Shown here: positions 31,278-43,200 of the stretch, in pieces
How positions within the stretch are numbered: position 1 is the stretch's first letter
How the letters are laid out: every line of letters begins with the position of its first letter
Source of the DNA: Phoronis australis
Taxonomy: Eukaryota > Animalia > Phoronida
Direction of reading: 5' to 3'
Length of the DNA stretch: 64,000 nucleotides
Assembly (NCBI GenBank): GCA_002633005.1
Contig: NMRA01000070.1
Coordinates: 215,575 to 279,574, forward strand
Position numbers and translations under genes: made by a program
Notes under the pieces: model-generated
Told to the model about the DNA's origin: nothing
Database searches by the model: none
The model's input: the letters and a program-made list of their open reading frames with translations, nothing else

Positions 31278-34200
31278 TTACAAATTTGCTATGAAGTCAT
31301 TGAGTGACTTGCTTGATAAAGTCCTCTTGAAATCATTTGTGTCTAAAATTTCTTCTTTGCGAGGTGAGTCAACTTCGGATAAATTTTGTTCCCCGTCAAT
31401 GTTGGCAGGCTCGGATAAGTCCGAACTCGTCTCTGGCTTTTCATTGGCGAGATCTTTAGCAAAGTTGTCGTCGTAGATCTTGCGGAGCAGTTCTTTGTCA
31501 AGGGAACTTTCGGTGCTTCTCTTGGAAAGATGTGAATCTGAACTCGCCGACTTGATGTATCTCTGGTAGGCCGGTTGCTCGTGGCCACAGTTGGAGCACG
31601 TGAATAACGGCTGTATGGACGGCGTTCGAGTACTCGCTACAAAAAAGAAAACTAAGGAAGGCTGGTGTTTAGACCGTTGACGTTTAAAAATGGCTATAAC
31701 TCGGATGTCACCATTTGTTTTTCTGAGGTTTGTTTCATAACAAGTTATTTAAGATTTAATTCATAAATCTGGTCTTGCAAATACACTCCAAACAATTATT
31801 TCAGAAAGAAATAAATCTCAGGTGAGCCAAAGTGCAGTCTTCGAGAATATACATACAACCACCAGTTAGGTCTACTGAGGTAATTTTTATCGATTGTTTC
31901 TAGACTGCGATACGCTCACAATTACTTGGCTAAACATTTTCAGCAATTTTGAAGTGGTAAGGCCAAATTTCATGAAACAAACCCCAGCTCATGAAAAGTG
32001 ACAAGATCTAATTCAGAAGAGTGTGCATACGCTCATTTAACAATTACTGAATAAAGGTCCAGTCTCTTAAGTAGTAGCATATCACAAAATACAAACAGTT
32101 TGTACACACATCAGTCGTGACTATATTCTAAGAGACGTACTTTTCCTGAAATGGGATTTACTTAATTTTCACAAATAATTGTGTGAAGCGTAAAACCAAA
32201 TTTCTCGGTTAAGTCTTTAGACATTTTTCATGACACAGACCCCGATCACTTTTTTACCGTAGGAACCCATCAGGGCTGACGCAAAGCACTTAAGATCACG
32301 CAATTCTGCGAGATATCACCAAAGATTTCAAGCAAGACGTGATTACACTAGTTCATCTCTCGAGTGTCTTGGGTATATAGAACTCAACCCTACGCATGCG
32401 ACTAAAAAGTGCTCTCGCACAAGAAAATTCGTTGCAGTGGACACGTGCTTTCAATTACGGTGCACGTAAGTTATCTATGGTGTCACCAGATGTTTACCAG
32501 CCGATAACTATGCGACACCACCTTAGAAAAAAGCAGCTCCGTTGGCGAAATCACAAATTGCGGTTGCACCCCCCCCCGCCTCTTCCCACATCCTAGATCC
32601 AGCAGTGACAAGCGCCACAATTCCCATTCATTGCAGGTCACAAGAAGCCCTTAGGTATCTTAGAACATTCAAAGCCTATAGCATCTAAGAAATATTGGGG
32701 GAAGCCTGCATATGTTAAAACGTGTACGTGTGCGATCAACTGAATAGACGAGACTAAAGTGTTAATGAAAACCGCAATCATCATTGGTTGCGATGAAATT
32801 CCTAATTCTTATATTTACAAAAATGCACAACTTCACTTAAAATTGCTACACATAATTTTACCTACAAACTCACTGTCTGCGACTTATGTTGGTTTTGCAG
32901 ATTCAAATTTCATTGCATTGTATCATTGAACAACTGGACCCGGGGTCTAATCTCATTACTCAAGCTTGAAAATATTTGTGACATTTTCCGTTTTTTTTAA
33001 TACAAACTCAAGATATTTGTGTAGAACAAAGGGCTTGAGTACGTTAAGGTTAACGCAGATGAGAGTCACGTCCAGGATTCGAGATACAAACTCGAGTAGA
33101 AACTGAGATTTCTAGTTCAGTCTCTTACTCTTAATTTTGATGTTGGGGTCATCAAGTGCAAAATAGGACTGCACACCCACTCCATGTGACGCCTTTTATA
33201 CTCGAGCACAGAATTATTGACATTTATTTGAGATCGTATTCAGGGTTGAGCGGAAAATGCCATAGCTATTTGCTATTTCCATGTCGAGTACAAAGATTAG
33301 ACCTCCATCTTTTTATGTACATTGTAACGAGATGCTTCGGGTAATGTCTAGTTTTGTCGCACTTTGAGGCGCAGTACGGTGATTTTGTCCTCGGGTGCTT
33401 ATTTTCCGGTACGAAAACTAGGGCGAAGCAACATCAGCGTTGGGAAATCGATATAATAAATTGATTAGCCTAGACATTCGAATACTGTATAAAGATTTTT
33501 TAACACGTTATTAACTCCACCAACTGGAAATCAATCGAGCCCCGTTTCATGCGCGCACGCAGCCCGAAAAAAGGGTGCACGTTCTCGGCTATGAATTGTG
33601 TATTCGCCGAATTTTGGTAGTTTCTGCCTTTTTAGTGGACTTTAGTCTCGTTTCCTACTTTTTCAGAGGTTTTGTTTCTCTGAGGCGGACCTTTTTGCCC
33701 ACCTCACCAAATAGGGGGCCCGTTCGAGCCTCCCCCCTGGGTGAGCGCATGCGCCGATTGATGAAATCCAAATGCAAGTTTCAGTGATCAAACATGTCCC
33801 CAGAGCAGTCATGACTGGGGCGATGTAAGATGAAACAAAAATACAGCTGCTTCCCTTCAAAGACCTCCCTGTCTCTATACTGACCTGCCCAAATGACCCC
33901 CATACAGACGGCGCCCGCTACAGAGGCTAACAGCGGAAGTACCACCTTCGGCCAAATTTTCCCATCGCAGTGTTGCGTATCCTCGTAGACGGGCTCTTTA
34001 GAACCACCCTTTACGCACGAGCAGTTTGTCTTTACGTCACAGCCAGTGAAGTACGACCCTGTCACAGTGGTGTTGCAAGAACATCCCTCCGTAGTCGTGT
34101 TTTGCGAAGCCATTTGTTGTGCATTATTGGCATTTGTTCCCGTTGGTAGGCCTACCACTGGGATCACGTTGACGGGAATGTCACATAGGACGCCTTTCCA

Positions 34201-37200
34201 ATTTGGCGGGCAGACGCACTCATATAGGTTCACGCGATTTACACACGTTGCGTTGACGGGACATGGATTGCTGTAGAAACATATTGGCATTTGTGAGCTC
34301 GTAACGTGCTCAAAATTGTGTCGAGACAACAAAATTACAGCCGATATCAATGTAAATATATCAGTTGGCTCGGGATTCACTTTTTTGATACTGGACGCCA
34401 GTACCCCTAGGCTTGTCTGTTTATAAAACATGCCAAATTCGTAACCCGCCTGAGTCACCCAGGCTAAGTGCAACATGTTTCTTGAATATATTTATGCCAG
34501 TTTTCGTGTTGGCTGTAGTCTACTGCCACTAAACTTCAGGTAATTGTGGCGGATGTAGAGTGTGTCAAAGTAACTGTTGGGCCGGTCTTCCTAAAAGGTC
34601 TTAATTTGTAGTTGTGTAAATAATTGACCAAGAGTACAGGACATATACAGAGGAAAGAAATTCTGACGAAGGTTTATAGATTTGCCCTGGAAATAATAAT
34701 ATACACTATTGACTGCAATAGGCCACGCAAAACAATGCTTCCAGGTGTTTAATCCACGTCGTGCAATGTGGTACTGTGGAGGAGGTCTATACTAATTTCA
34801 TAAAGCGCTTTTAAACCCGCGCTTTGATTTTGACCACTTACCTTATAGCATAGTTGGTGATTGTTTTGTACCTTACTCAGTTTGAGATGTAGTCTCTGGG
34901 CTCGGGACCAACTGATAGTTCCTCAGACCAAGCTCATACAAGTTTAAATTACCTTCTGATTGAGCTTCATAAGCTTGGTTTGTAAGCAATAACGAAATGC
35001 CAGTCCTTTCCAAGCCGATAAATAACACCTGTTTTGACAGAGGAACCATTGGAGACCAATTTCATAACGGTAAGTGGCCTATATCAAACTATTTTTTTTT
35101 TGACAAATGACACGGAATTAGTGCTACTTTGTAAGCAATGAAAACAGTAACAGTCCGTGTTTGTCTTGCGTGGACTCATGGAGTCGATGCCAAACTGCAA
35201 GTTTTGAGGGGACTGCTAGTCAGAGTCTTACCTGATGCATTCATTGAAGTCGTACTCGCAGTTCTCTCCCATCCAGCCCGGTGCGCATTTGCACTCGTAT
35301 GTAGGCGACCGGTTGATGCACGTGCCACCGTAGCGGCAGGGAAAACTGGAAAATTACAAACATTTGCTTTCACTTTACAACTAAATAATGAACCACACTT
35401 TGTGAGATAAGTACTGTTTGTGTTGACTAGTCTTGGGGCTAGGCGGAATATTAAAAGGATTCATGCGTCGGACAACATAGAATTTCTACTGTTAAGAGCT
35501 TAGGTGTAATGCTTGAAAGCTTTTAGGTGCCCTGTTGGATCATTGTGACCATAGATTTTAGGGCTCATTTTGGTCCGTTTACGTGAACTATCCTGGACGG
35601 TCTTATGTTTTAATGTTGTGAACACGTACGAACTTCAGTCAAAAACGTGTCATGTACAAACAGCATTTTTCGTATACGGTGTCTTCAGTTTTAAGTCACC
35701 CATACCTGGCTCAATAGCTAGGATAACATCCAAAACCAACTAGACTTCCTATAGAAGATACCGCTACCAATCACGTGGTTAAGAAAGGCTTCCTAAGAGG
35801 CTACGAGTCACGTGACTAAGAAAGACTTCCTACAAAAGAGGCTACGAATCACGTGGTTAAAGGCGAAGGCAACCTTTTTCCATGTCATTTTGAGCCAAAA
35901 TAAGTTGGGTTGGTTATCCTAGACATATTTTCCACTTAATTACAGCTTTTCGTAATTTTATTAATTACTCGTCCGCTACTCCGGAAGTGACGTTTTAGGA
36001 GGCAAGCATTTCCCGCCACTTGGTTTTGCGTTGACTTTACCGTGCGAATCTGTTCTATTCTACTTTTGTTTTGTGCTGTTTTTCAACAATTGTCGCCACC
36101 ACTTTCCATCGGTGAGTATTCTGCGGCAAGATAGGTTAGTAGAGAACTCAACTACGTTGGATTTAGGGATTGTTTAGTGTGTTGTAAGCTGAAAATGGCT
36201 GGAGTCGGTGACCCGTATCACAGTGACAGTAGTGTGAGTGACGGAGACCTTGTTCACAGCAGTGGTGACGAGGAATTTTTTCACGGACATTCAGTGGGTG
36301 GGTACATGTTTGAGCCCGAGTATAACGAGGCAGAGTACGCACAGGCACAGGCAGCTGTTGAGAGAAACGAGGCGGCTACTGAGGACAGACGTGGTGACAC
36401 ATCTTGGTGCAAATGCACTGTGTGCGTTGTTATGCCTACCTCAATGGAATGCTTGTGCTGTTCAGAGTTCGACGAGGCCAAGCCACTACTGGACATGGTT
36501 AAGTGGACCTCCGGCATACCACGGACAGAGGAACAACTGTCCCACTTGCCAGAGTGTCCCGCGACACACTCCCACTGGATGGTGACCTGAGCACCCAAAC
36601 TGCTTACATCGTGTCGTGTGACTCCCTCGCCACACACCTGGCACCTTCTAAATAGCTCCAACACTTTAGACAAGTCCACAATAAACTTATCAAAGTTTGG
36701 CTCACCGATCTGTTCACTGGACGACGAACTGTCCTCTTCACTGGGTGTCGAACTGGGCCTGTAATCACTCCCACTACTCAATATCGCTGCAGGGCTGCTT
36801 AGAGGCTCTGGGCTGGAGAAAACAGCACAGGGCGAATCACTACTGGTTCCAGGAATTGCACGCTCTGGGGTACGTTCGGAGGCACGGGTGACAGTAGATG
36901 AAGTGCCTCCACTGGCTCCAGTCACTGTACTGGCCACAGCTCGCGAGGCTTCTCGCTTCAAAAACGCACTTCTCGGGGGTGGCGACGGGGCACTGCCGGG
37001 AATCAACACAGACGGAATGGCATCCTTCTTCAGGCGTTGTTTCGCAGGGACCTTCATCAGTTCAGCGTACAAATCCCTTTCGTAACCGGAGGGCAGAAAG
37101 TGCTTGCCGCACACACGGTAATTCTCCACTGCTTCGTACGTTGCGTGTACGGGTAACGCTGCGTTCTTAACACGAACGAGCCAAGTACGGCGAAGTGTGT

Positions 37201-40200
37201 CATCTATCGGAAAGCGATGCAAAGGTACTCCAAAAGCGCGCGTGAGCCGATAATTAGTACATTCCGGTAAGCAGCAACAGTGTGGCATGTTGACTGACTA
37301 GTAAATGAAAGCAAACGACGACGGAAATAACACAACCAAGGTAGAACAATGACTGACTCGGCAGCTCTCACAGTCAGACTATATGAAAAGAAATTGGCGC
37401 GAAATGCTTGCCTCCTAAAACGTCACTTCCGCAGTAGCGGACGAGTAATTAATAAAATTACGAAAATCTGTAATTAAGTGGAAAATATGTCTAGGATTAC
37501 CAACCAACCTTATTTTAGCTCAAAATGACATGGAAAAAGGTTGCCTTCGCCTTTAAGAAAGACTTCTTTTAGAAGAGGCTACCAACCTGTGAGAGGCTGG
37601 TTTCCTTGAGTATGCAATGCATAATGTGTGATGCATTTAAATCGCCTTTGCAAGAAAATAGAAGAGAAGTTTTCATGTGTCCGTAATGTGTATTTCGTAA
37701 TCGCCTAATTGCTACTAAGTTTACTTGAAACGGATTGTGTTGCGATTCAATGCGCATAATTGAGGGGGTTCCGCTTTCATGACGTCATCGAAGACGTTTG
37801 CTACTCAAAGTGCTAAGAAACTAATTACAGAGGCAATTTAACGAGTCGCGTGTCAAAATGGCCGCAACCGCCAATCCTCCAACCTTTTTAAGGGACTAAG
37901 TTGTGCTGTCACAAAAATAACACGTCAATTTAGCACTGCGTTCTGACAGCGACAGTGTTTTCTGTGGGCTTACCTCCAGCATGGATTGGTGCTGTACTGG
38001 CAGTTAACTCCATACCACGTGTCTGTACAGTTACACTGGTATCCGTTGAGCATGTCTACGCACTTTCCGTGTTCACAGGGGGAGCTTCAATTAGAGGAAA
38101 GAATTTAAATGAACGTAATTGGCAAAGTACCGGGCGACTAGCCCAAAGGGTGGCTCCCAACAGTGTAGAAATGAACTGCACATGAAAAAGGAGAGATATC
38201 AAAGTCACGTCTGTTTTGAGAAGTTCGAGAACGCCCATGTTGCGTACCTTCCTGAGTTCTGGTTATCGAAGTTTGTGAAGTAAGAAATTTTCACACAGCC
38301 TCGGCTGTGTTTCTACAAAATGTGCATTTCAAATGACAATTTCCGCTGGGTTTTCCTTTAAAACTGGTATTACCATTCGAGTCTAAAATCCCAGTCAAAA
38401 TGTCTTCCCAAATAATTCTCTTTTTCGACTATCCACCACTGAAATATACTTGGTGTTGTTTGTGTTTCGAAAAGTTTGGTTGTATTATTGAAAGTTAACT
38501 TTTACAATTGTCTTAAACATTAATATAATTCTAAATAAAGTTCGTTGTTCCAATAATTTGAATTTGACGAAAAATTAGATTTTTTGTCAGGACACATAAA
38601 TATGGATTCGGTTTGCAAACTAACCTTGCACATTCGTCGATGTTCGTTTCACACTGTCTACCAGTCATTCCAGCAGGACACTGGCACTCGTATCGACCAA
38701 TCAGATTGTCGCACGTTCCGTTATTCATGCACGGATTACTGAAAAATTTGACCGAGACATGTCATTAAAAGGAACGTCAGAATATAGGTATAACTTTTCT
38801 CTGTTTCCAATTTGTACTTCTTTCAGATCATTCAATTTCCTTGTAATTTTTAGTACTTGTGTATAAATGAAATAATTAAAAAATGTTAACTAAAAAGGGC
38901 AACGTATAACTTTTTTCAGATTGGGAATGCCACGAGCAAATGAGTTATTGTTCTAAATAAATAAGTAAGTAAATGATTTTCTACCAAACTTCCGACATAA
39001 CTTCTGTGTATTCAGTAAATACTAATAAAATGTTTGACATGGAAACAAAATCACATACCTTTTTAGCCGCACAAACCTACCTCCCACATTCGTCAATGTC
39101 CGTTTGACAACGAAGACCAGCGAAGCCCGTCTGACATTGACACAAGTAGTAAGCTTCGTTGTCAATGCATGTCGCATTGTTTTGACAGGGGTTACTGAGA
39201 AAAGTAAGAATTGGAAATGATTTTTGAGAAGTACCCAATGAATACAATACTCAAAACTTTAAATGCGAATTGCTACCCGCATTGTTTAACAAGCGTCAAT
39301 CATGCTCTCCTGTCAAACCCATTTTAAAAACTTCAAAGATTATTATACTTGAAGTAGATCTAGCTTCAGCAGAATACGTGACTAATTATTGTTAAATGTA
39401 AGTTCTCTGTAGATGAGAAGAAAGCCTCGTGTTTGTTTCTGTAGTGAACTACTAGTCACAAACCAGCATTCGATAAACCTCCTTTGCTATGCTGGGCCCC
39501 TGACTCCTTTCCCATGGTTAAATGGGAAAAATTACCTAGTGCATTCGTCTATTTCTTGGAAACAGTTTGTTCCCGTCCAGCCTAAATTACACGTGCAAGT
39601 GTACCCGTTGACCTTGTCGTTACANGCTTCCTTTCCAACAGGGGGAGCTGCAAGATATGACACAAAACCGTGTTAACATCAAATGGGACAAACACTAAAG
39701 AGTGTTTGGTTCAGTGTTTCGATAGTGTTGACAGAGTATGAAAAAACGAAAAGATATGAATGGTATGGAGTGAGCCCACTAACACAAACTCACCGCATAT
39801 TTGGCGCAGAGCCGGTGACCCTCCCTCGGCAGAGATCAAACACTGAAATTCACGAAGAATTCTCCAAACAGGGTAATCGCGAATTCGAACACCTTTAGTT
39901 TATGGCGGAAGTAAAATGTACCCGTTTCTCAGTATTCATGCATTCGATAAAATTCACGTAGCAATAAGTACCTGTAGCACTCATTTATGTTGTTTTCACA
40001 GTTGAACCCATTGAAACCTGGGGGACAACTGCAGGTGTATTTGTTCACTAGGTCGTTACAAGTCCCGTTGTTCTGACATGGGTTACTGAAACACAAATGA
40101 AAAAGTAGACATAAATTACACGTCATAGAGTACAGTATATAGCTAAAAGGTATAATAACCAAGTTCAGAGTTGATTGGCATGTTTCCGGACCCACGATCA

Positions 40201-43200
40201 AGGCTGCCGCGGGGCATCAGACTATATTTTCAACTTATTGGCACTTGAGGCAACTAACTGAGCTAGGAGGGTGGTCTGTGCCACGCCATGCGCGCACAAA
40301 GGGGGGCTCGAACGAGACCCCCATTTGGCAAAGTGGGCAAAAAGGTCCGCCTCAGAGCAACAAAAAGTCCAAGAAAACGAGACAAAAGTCCACTAAAAAG
40401 GCAGGAACTACCAAAATTCGTCGAACGCGCAACGTACCTCGTTTTTTTGTAAAAGGTCCACATTTCCAAAAACTCGAGCCCCTCCCCATTTTTAGGCTGG
40501 GTACGCCCATGCCACGCCTAAAACTCATGGTGGCAAAATGCTAGTGTTACTTAAGTATCTAAAACTTCCCATATTGTAGGCTCCGCATAGGAAAATTGAT
40601 CCATGACACTGACCCTCTAAGTTCATACTATGAAACAACGTTCATTGACAAACGTTGATTATTATTTATCTACAATCACAGGTGCAAACCACAATGACTG
40701 AATGTCGATAAAGCCGTTGTCTACAGTCCGCCAGGTTCGTTTGAATTACTTCCGGTGACGTAGCGAACATGTCTATTACCAATTTCGCCCAGAAATTTTG
40801 AAATAAACGAATCGCCCATGGCGGATTTAAGGGGGGGGGGGGCAGTTCGGGGGTGCGAATGTCTGACGAGAAAAATCCTGGCTAACACACTCTGTCCTGA
40901 CCCACCAACTCAAAATCATGGATCCGCCCCTGCGGTAATTAACAAAACCCCGTTCATTGGTTGCGCGTAAGGTCACAATTTGTTTCGCCACTCTCTTTTT
41001 AATACTTAGTTCATTCATTCCCTAAAATGGCACTCCTTGCCGATATGTATTCCCACGATTCAGTGCCCAAGGCTTGGCAACACAGAACATTTCCTTACCT
41101 GTGGCATTCGTCAAAGTTCGTTTCACAGAGATTACCGACATACCCGGCCTGACACTGACACGTGTAGTTGTAAGCGCCGTCTTGGCAAGTGGCGTTGTTC
41201 TGACACGCATTGCCAATGCAACTGTCGTGGATATCTGAAAATAAATTGATCATCATGGCTTATTCTCAAATTTTAACCGAGGACACCTGTTTGATAACGG
41301 TGACGACCCGGAAGGGAGGATCACGGGGCCCATTCCATGACGCAAGATAGCGAGTGTGGACCATATATTAATCACTTGTAATGCATGGCAAAATTGCGCG
41401 AATGAGTTATGCGATCTCGCCAAATTCGCACGAAACTGGTCTGAGGCCTGCAGAACCCAATCCTTACTGTGCGCTGCAGATTTGCTGGCGCGTGCGAAAA
41501 CGTATCCTCTACGTACGGTGCACCTCATTGCTCGCTTCGCTCGAGGAGCTCTACTAGTGACGAATCCGGAATATCCACACGCCCTTTATGGTTGTCCCCT
41601 TTCAGACCCCTCTGTACAAAATCCTAGATGTGAGGCGGCCAGAGCAAGCACAAGTGCATTAACTTGAAGATTAGAAACTGAGATACAACAAGCGTTATCT
41701 TATCTGTTTCTTCACCTATTCTTTACATGTTTATTTATTATTTATTAATGTAATATTTACAATGCGGATAGCTCCATCACTTTTCACTGCTTTCCATGGG
41801 GGCCCTCAGTCAGACCAATGAAGCCATTCTTGGCGCGGAACACACATAAACGGAGCATGTCGCTAACAGGGACGTAACACGAGTGGTGTTTACAGGTTTG
41901 CTCAGTTGCATAAAATTATGATTCAACGGTTTTTACCCTGCCAGAATCTGTGCATCCCCACTATAACCAAGGCGGTGTGCGGTATTTCGGTGTTCAGCCC
42001 CACCTACTGAGCACTTGGAACACTGTGGGATACGACTATACTACATAAACCTAAACATTAAATCATCGCTTCGGCGAAACAATTATGAGAGACAATCATG
42101 CGGGTCATAATCAACTTTTACACGCTAAACTAAAATGAAATATTGGGTTTCCCAAAATGTACTCACGTTTCAAATGACAATAACTGCGTTGTCTATTGAG
42201 TTAGGGATAATGTTACTGATTGAAATTTATAAAAAGACGACCAAAAAGAAATAAAATCTTTAAAACAACACAAATGCGTTGTAGGTTAATTTGGGAAGAA
42301 GTTAACTTTTCTTTGCACCTAGTCCTCGACGTTTTTGTGTCTGCAGTAGCCTAGCGCGATAATTTTTCGTTCTCCAGAAACCGAGTCGTTTGTTTGCCAT
42401 TCCCTGTATGCAGGGCACGTGACGGCTCTCGCACCTACTTGGGTAGCAACGAGTAACCGTACAGTAGGCCCAGGCGCTGAGTCTGGTCCAAGAAACTGAA
42501 TTTGAACTCCCGGCGATGCACTGAAGTGTGTTTACCTGTTTGGGACACCCTACAGACGTGAATAACTTACCTATTTCGCAGTGAACGCCGGCGAAGTAAC
42601 CAGTCGGACACAGACAGAGAAATTTATCCTCCAGGTTTAAACACGTGCCGCCGTTGATGCAGGGTCCACTGAGACATTCATCATAATCTGAAATTGAAGT
42701 AATCGAATGCAATGTCGTGATAGTGACGATGTTTGTCGTGACAATGTTTTTGAAAGACCAGCTGCACTGAATTCAAGATGGCTAACGAATTGTAACTTCA
42801 AAATCTGTAATAGTTTGTGTAGTACACGAGGAATATACTACACTGAAATCACATTCATTTGAACAGTCATCTGCTTTTCCCAACTTTTATCCCTATTTCT
42901 GTTAGAATGGCAGAAGGTCCACCTGTGACTTAAAAGGATACCAAACCTGGTTTTGACCTATTAACAAATATTAAAAACAACATGCCCATCCAATTCTCTG
43001 AAACAGAATAATGCTCTATAACCCTCGACAATCCTCAAAAATTTGAAGGAAAATTTAAAAACTCATTTTGAGTTTGTTAAACGGATAAGCGTGACCTAGG
43101 CTTTTAGCGAGGGCAACTGCGGAGAAAGATCATCCTCCAAGAACAATGATAGCCAATCTGTGACATAGGGAGTATAAGTTTTTAGTTAATTCGTGTTTTT

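Larger units (their letters stand above)
35861..37552. mobile_element. Kolobok-type DNA transposon, internally deleted (non-autonomous), 158-bp TIRs, TTAA TSD
   Basis: TTAA at 35857-35860 and 37553-37556; AG...CT termini. TIRs 35861-36018 and 37395-37552 differ at 7 of 158 positions by manual alignment. Convergent THAP and P2X7-C-terminal-like (KolX) ORFs are the known Kolobok gene pair. The empty site can be rebuilt from the host minisatellite unit (acgtggTTAAgaaagac). Confidence 0.9.

Noticed and set aside
36195-36590. Host P2X7 receptor gene
   Set aside because: Only the Cys-rich KolX-type motif is present, with no channel domain, and it lies within TIRs and a TTAA TSD.
36281-37288. Domesticated host THAP transcription factor
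   Set aside because: Intronless, enclosed by near-identical TIRs and a TSD, and its C-terminus is antisense read-through of KolX.
41725-42050. Possible SINE with an A-rich tail on the minus strand
   Set aside because: No recognisable A/B boxes and no second copy in the window; unsupported.
33781-42712. Notch/Crumbs/fibropellin orthology for the EGF exons
   Set aside because: No LNR, ankyrin, laminin-G, CUB or avidin domains are visible; the N-terminal domain and tail are unrelated.
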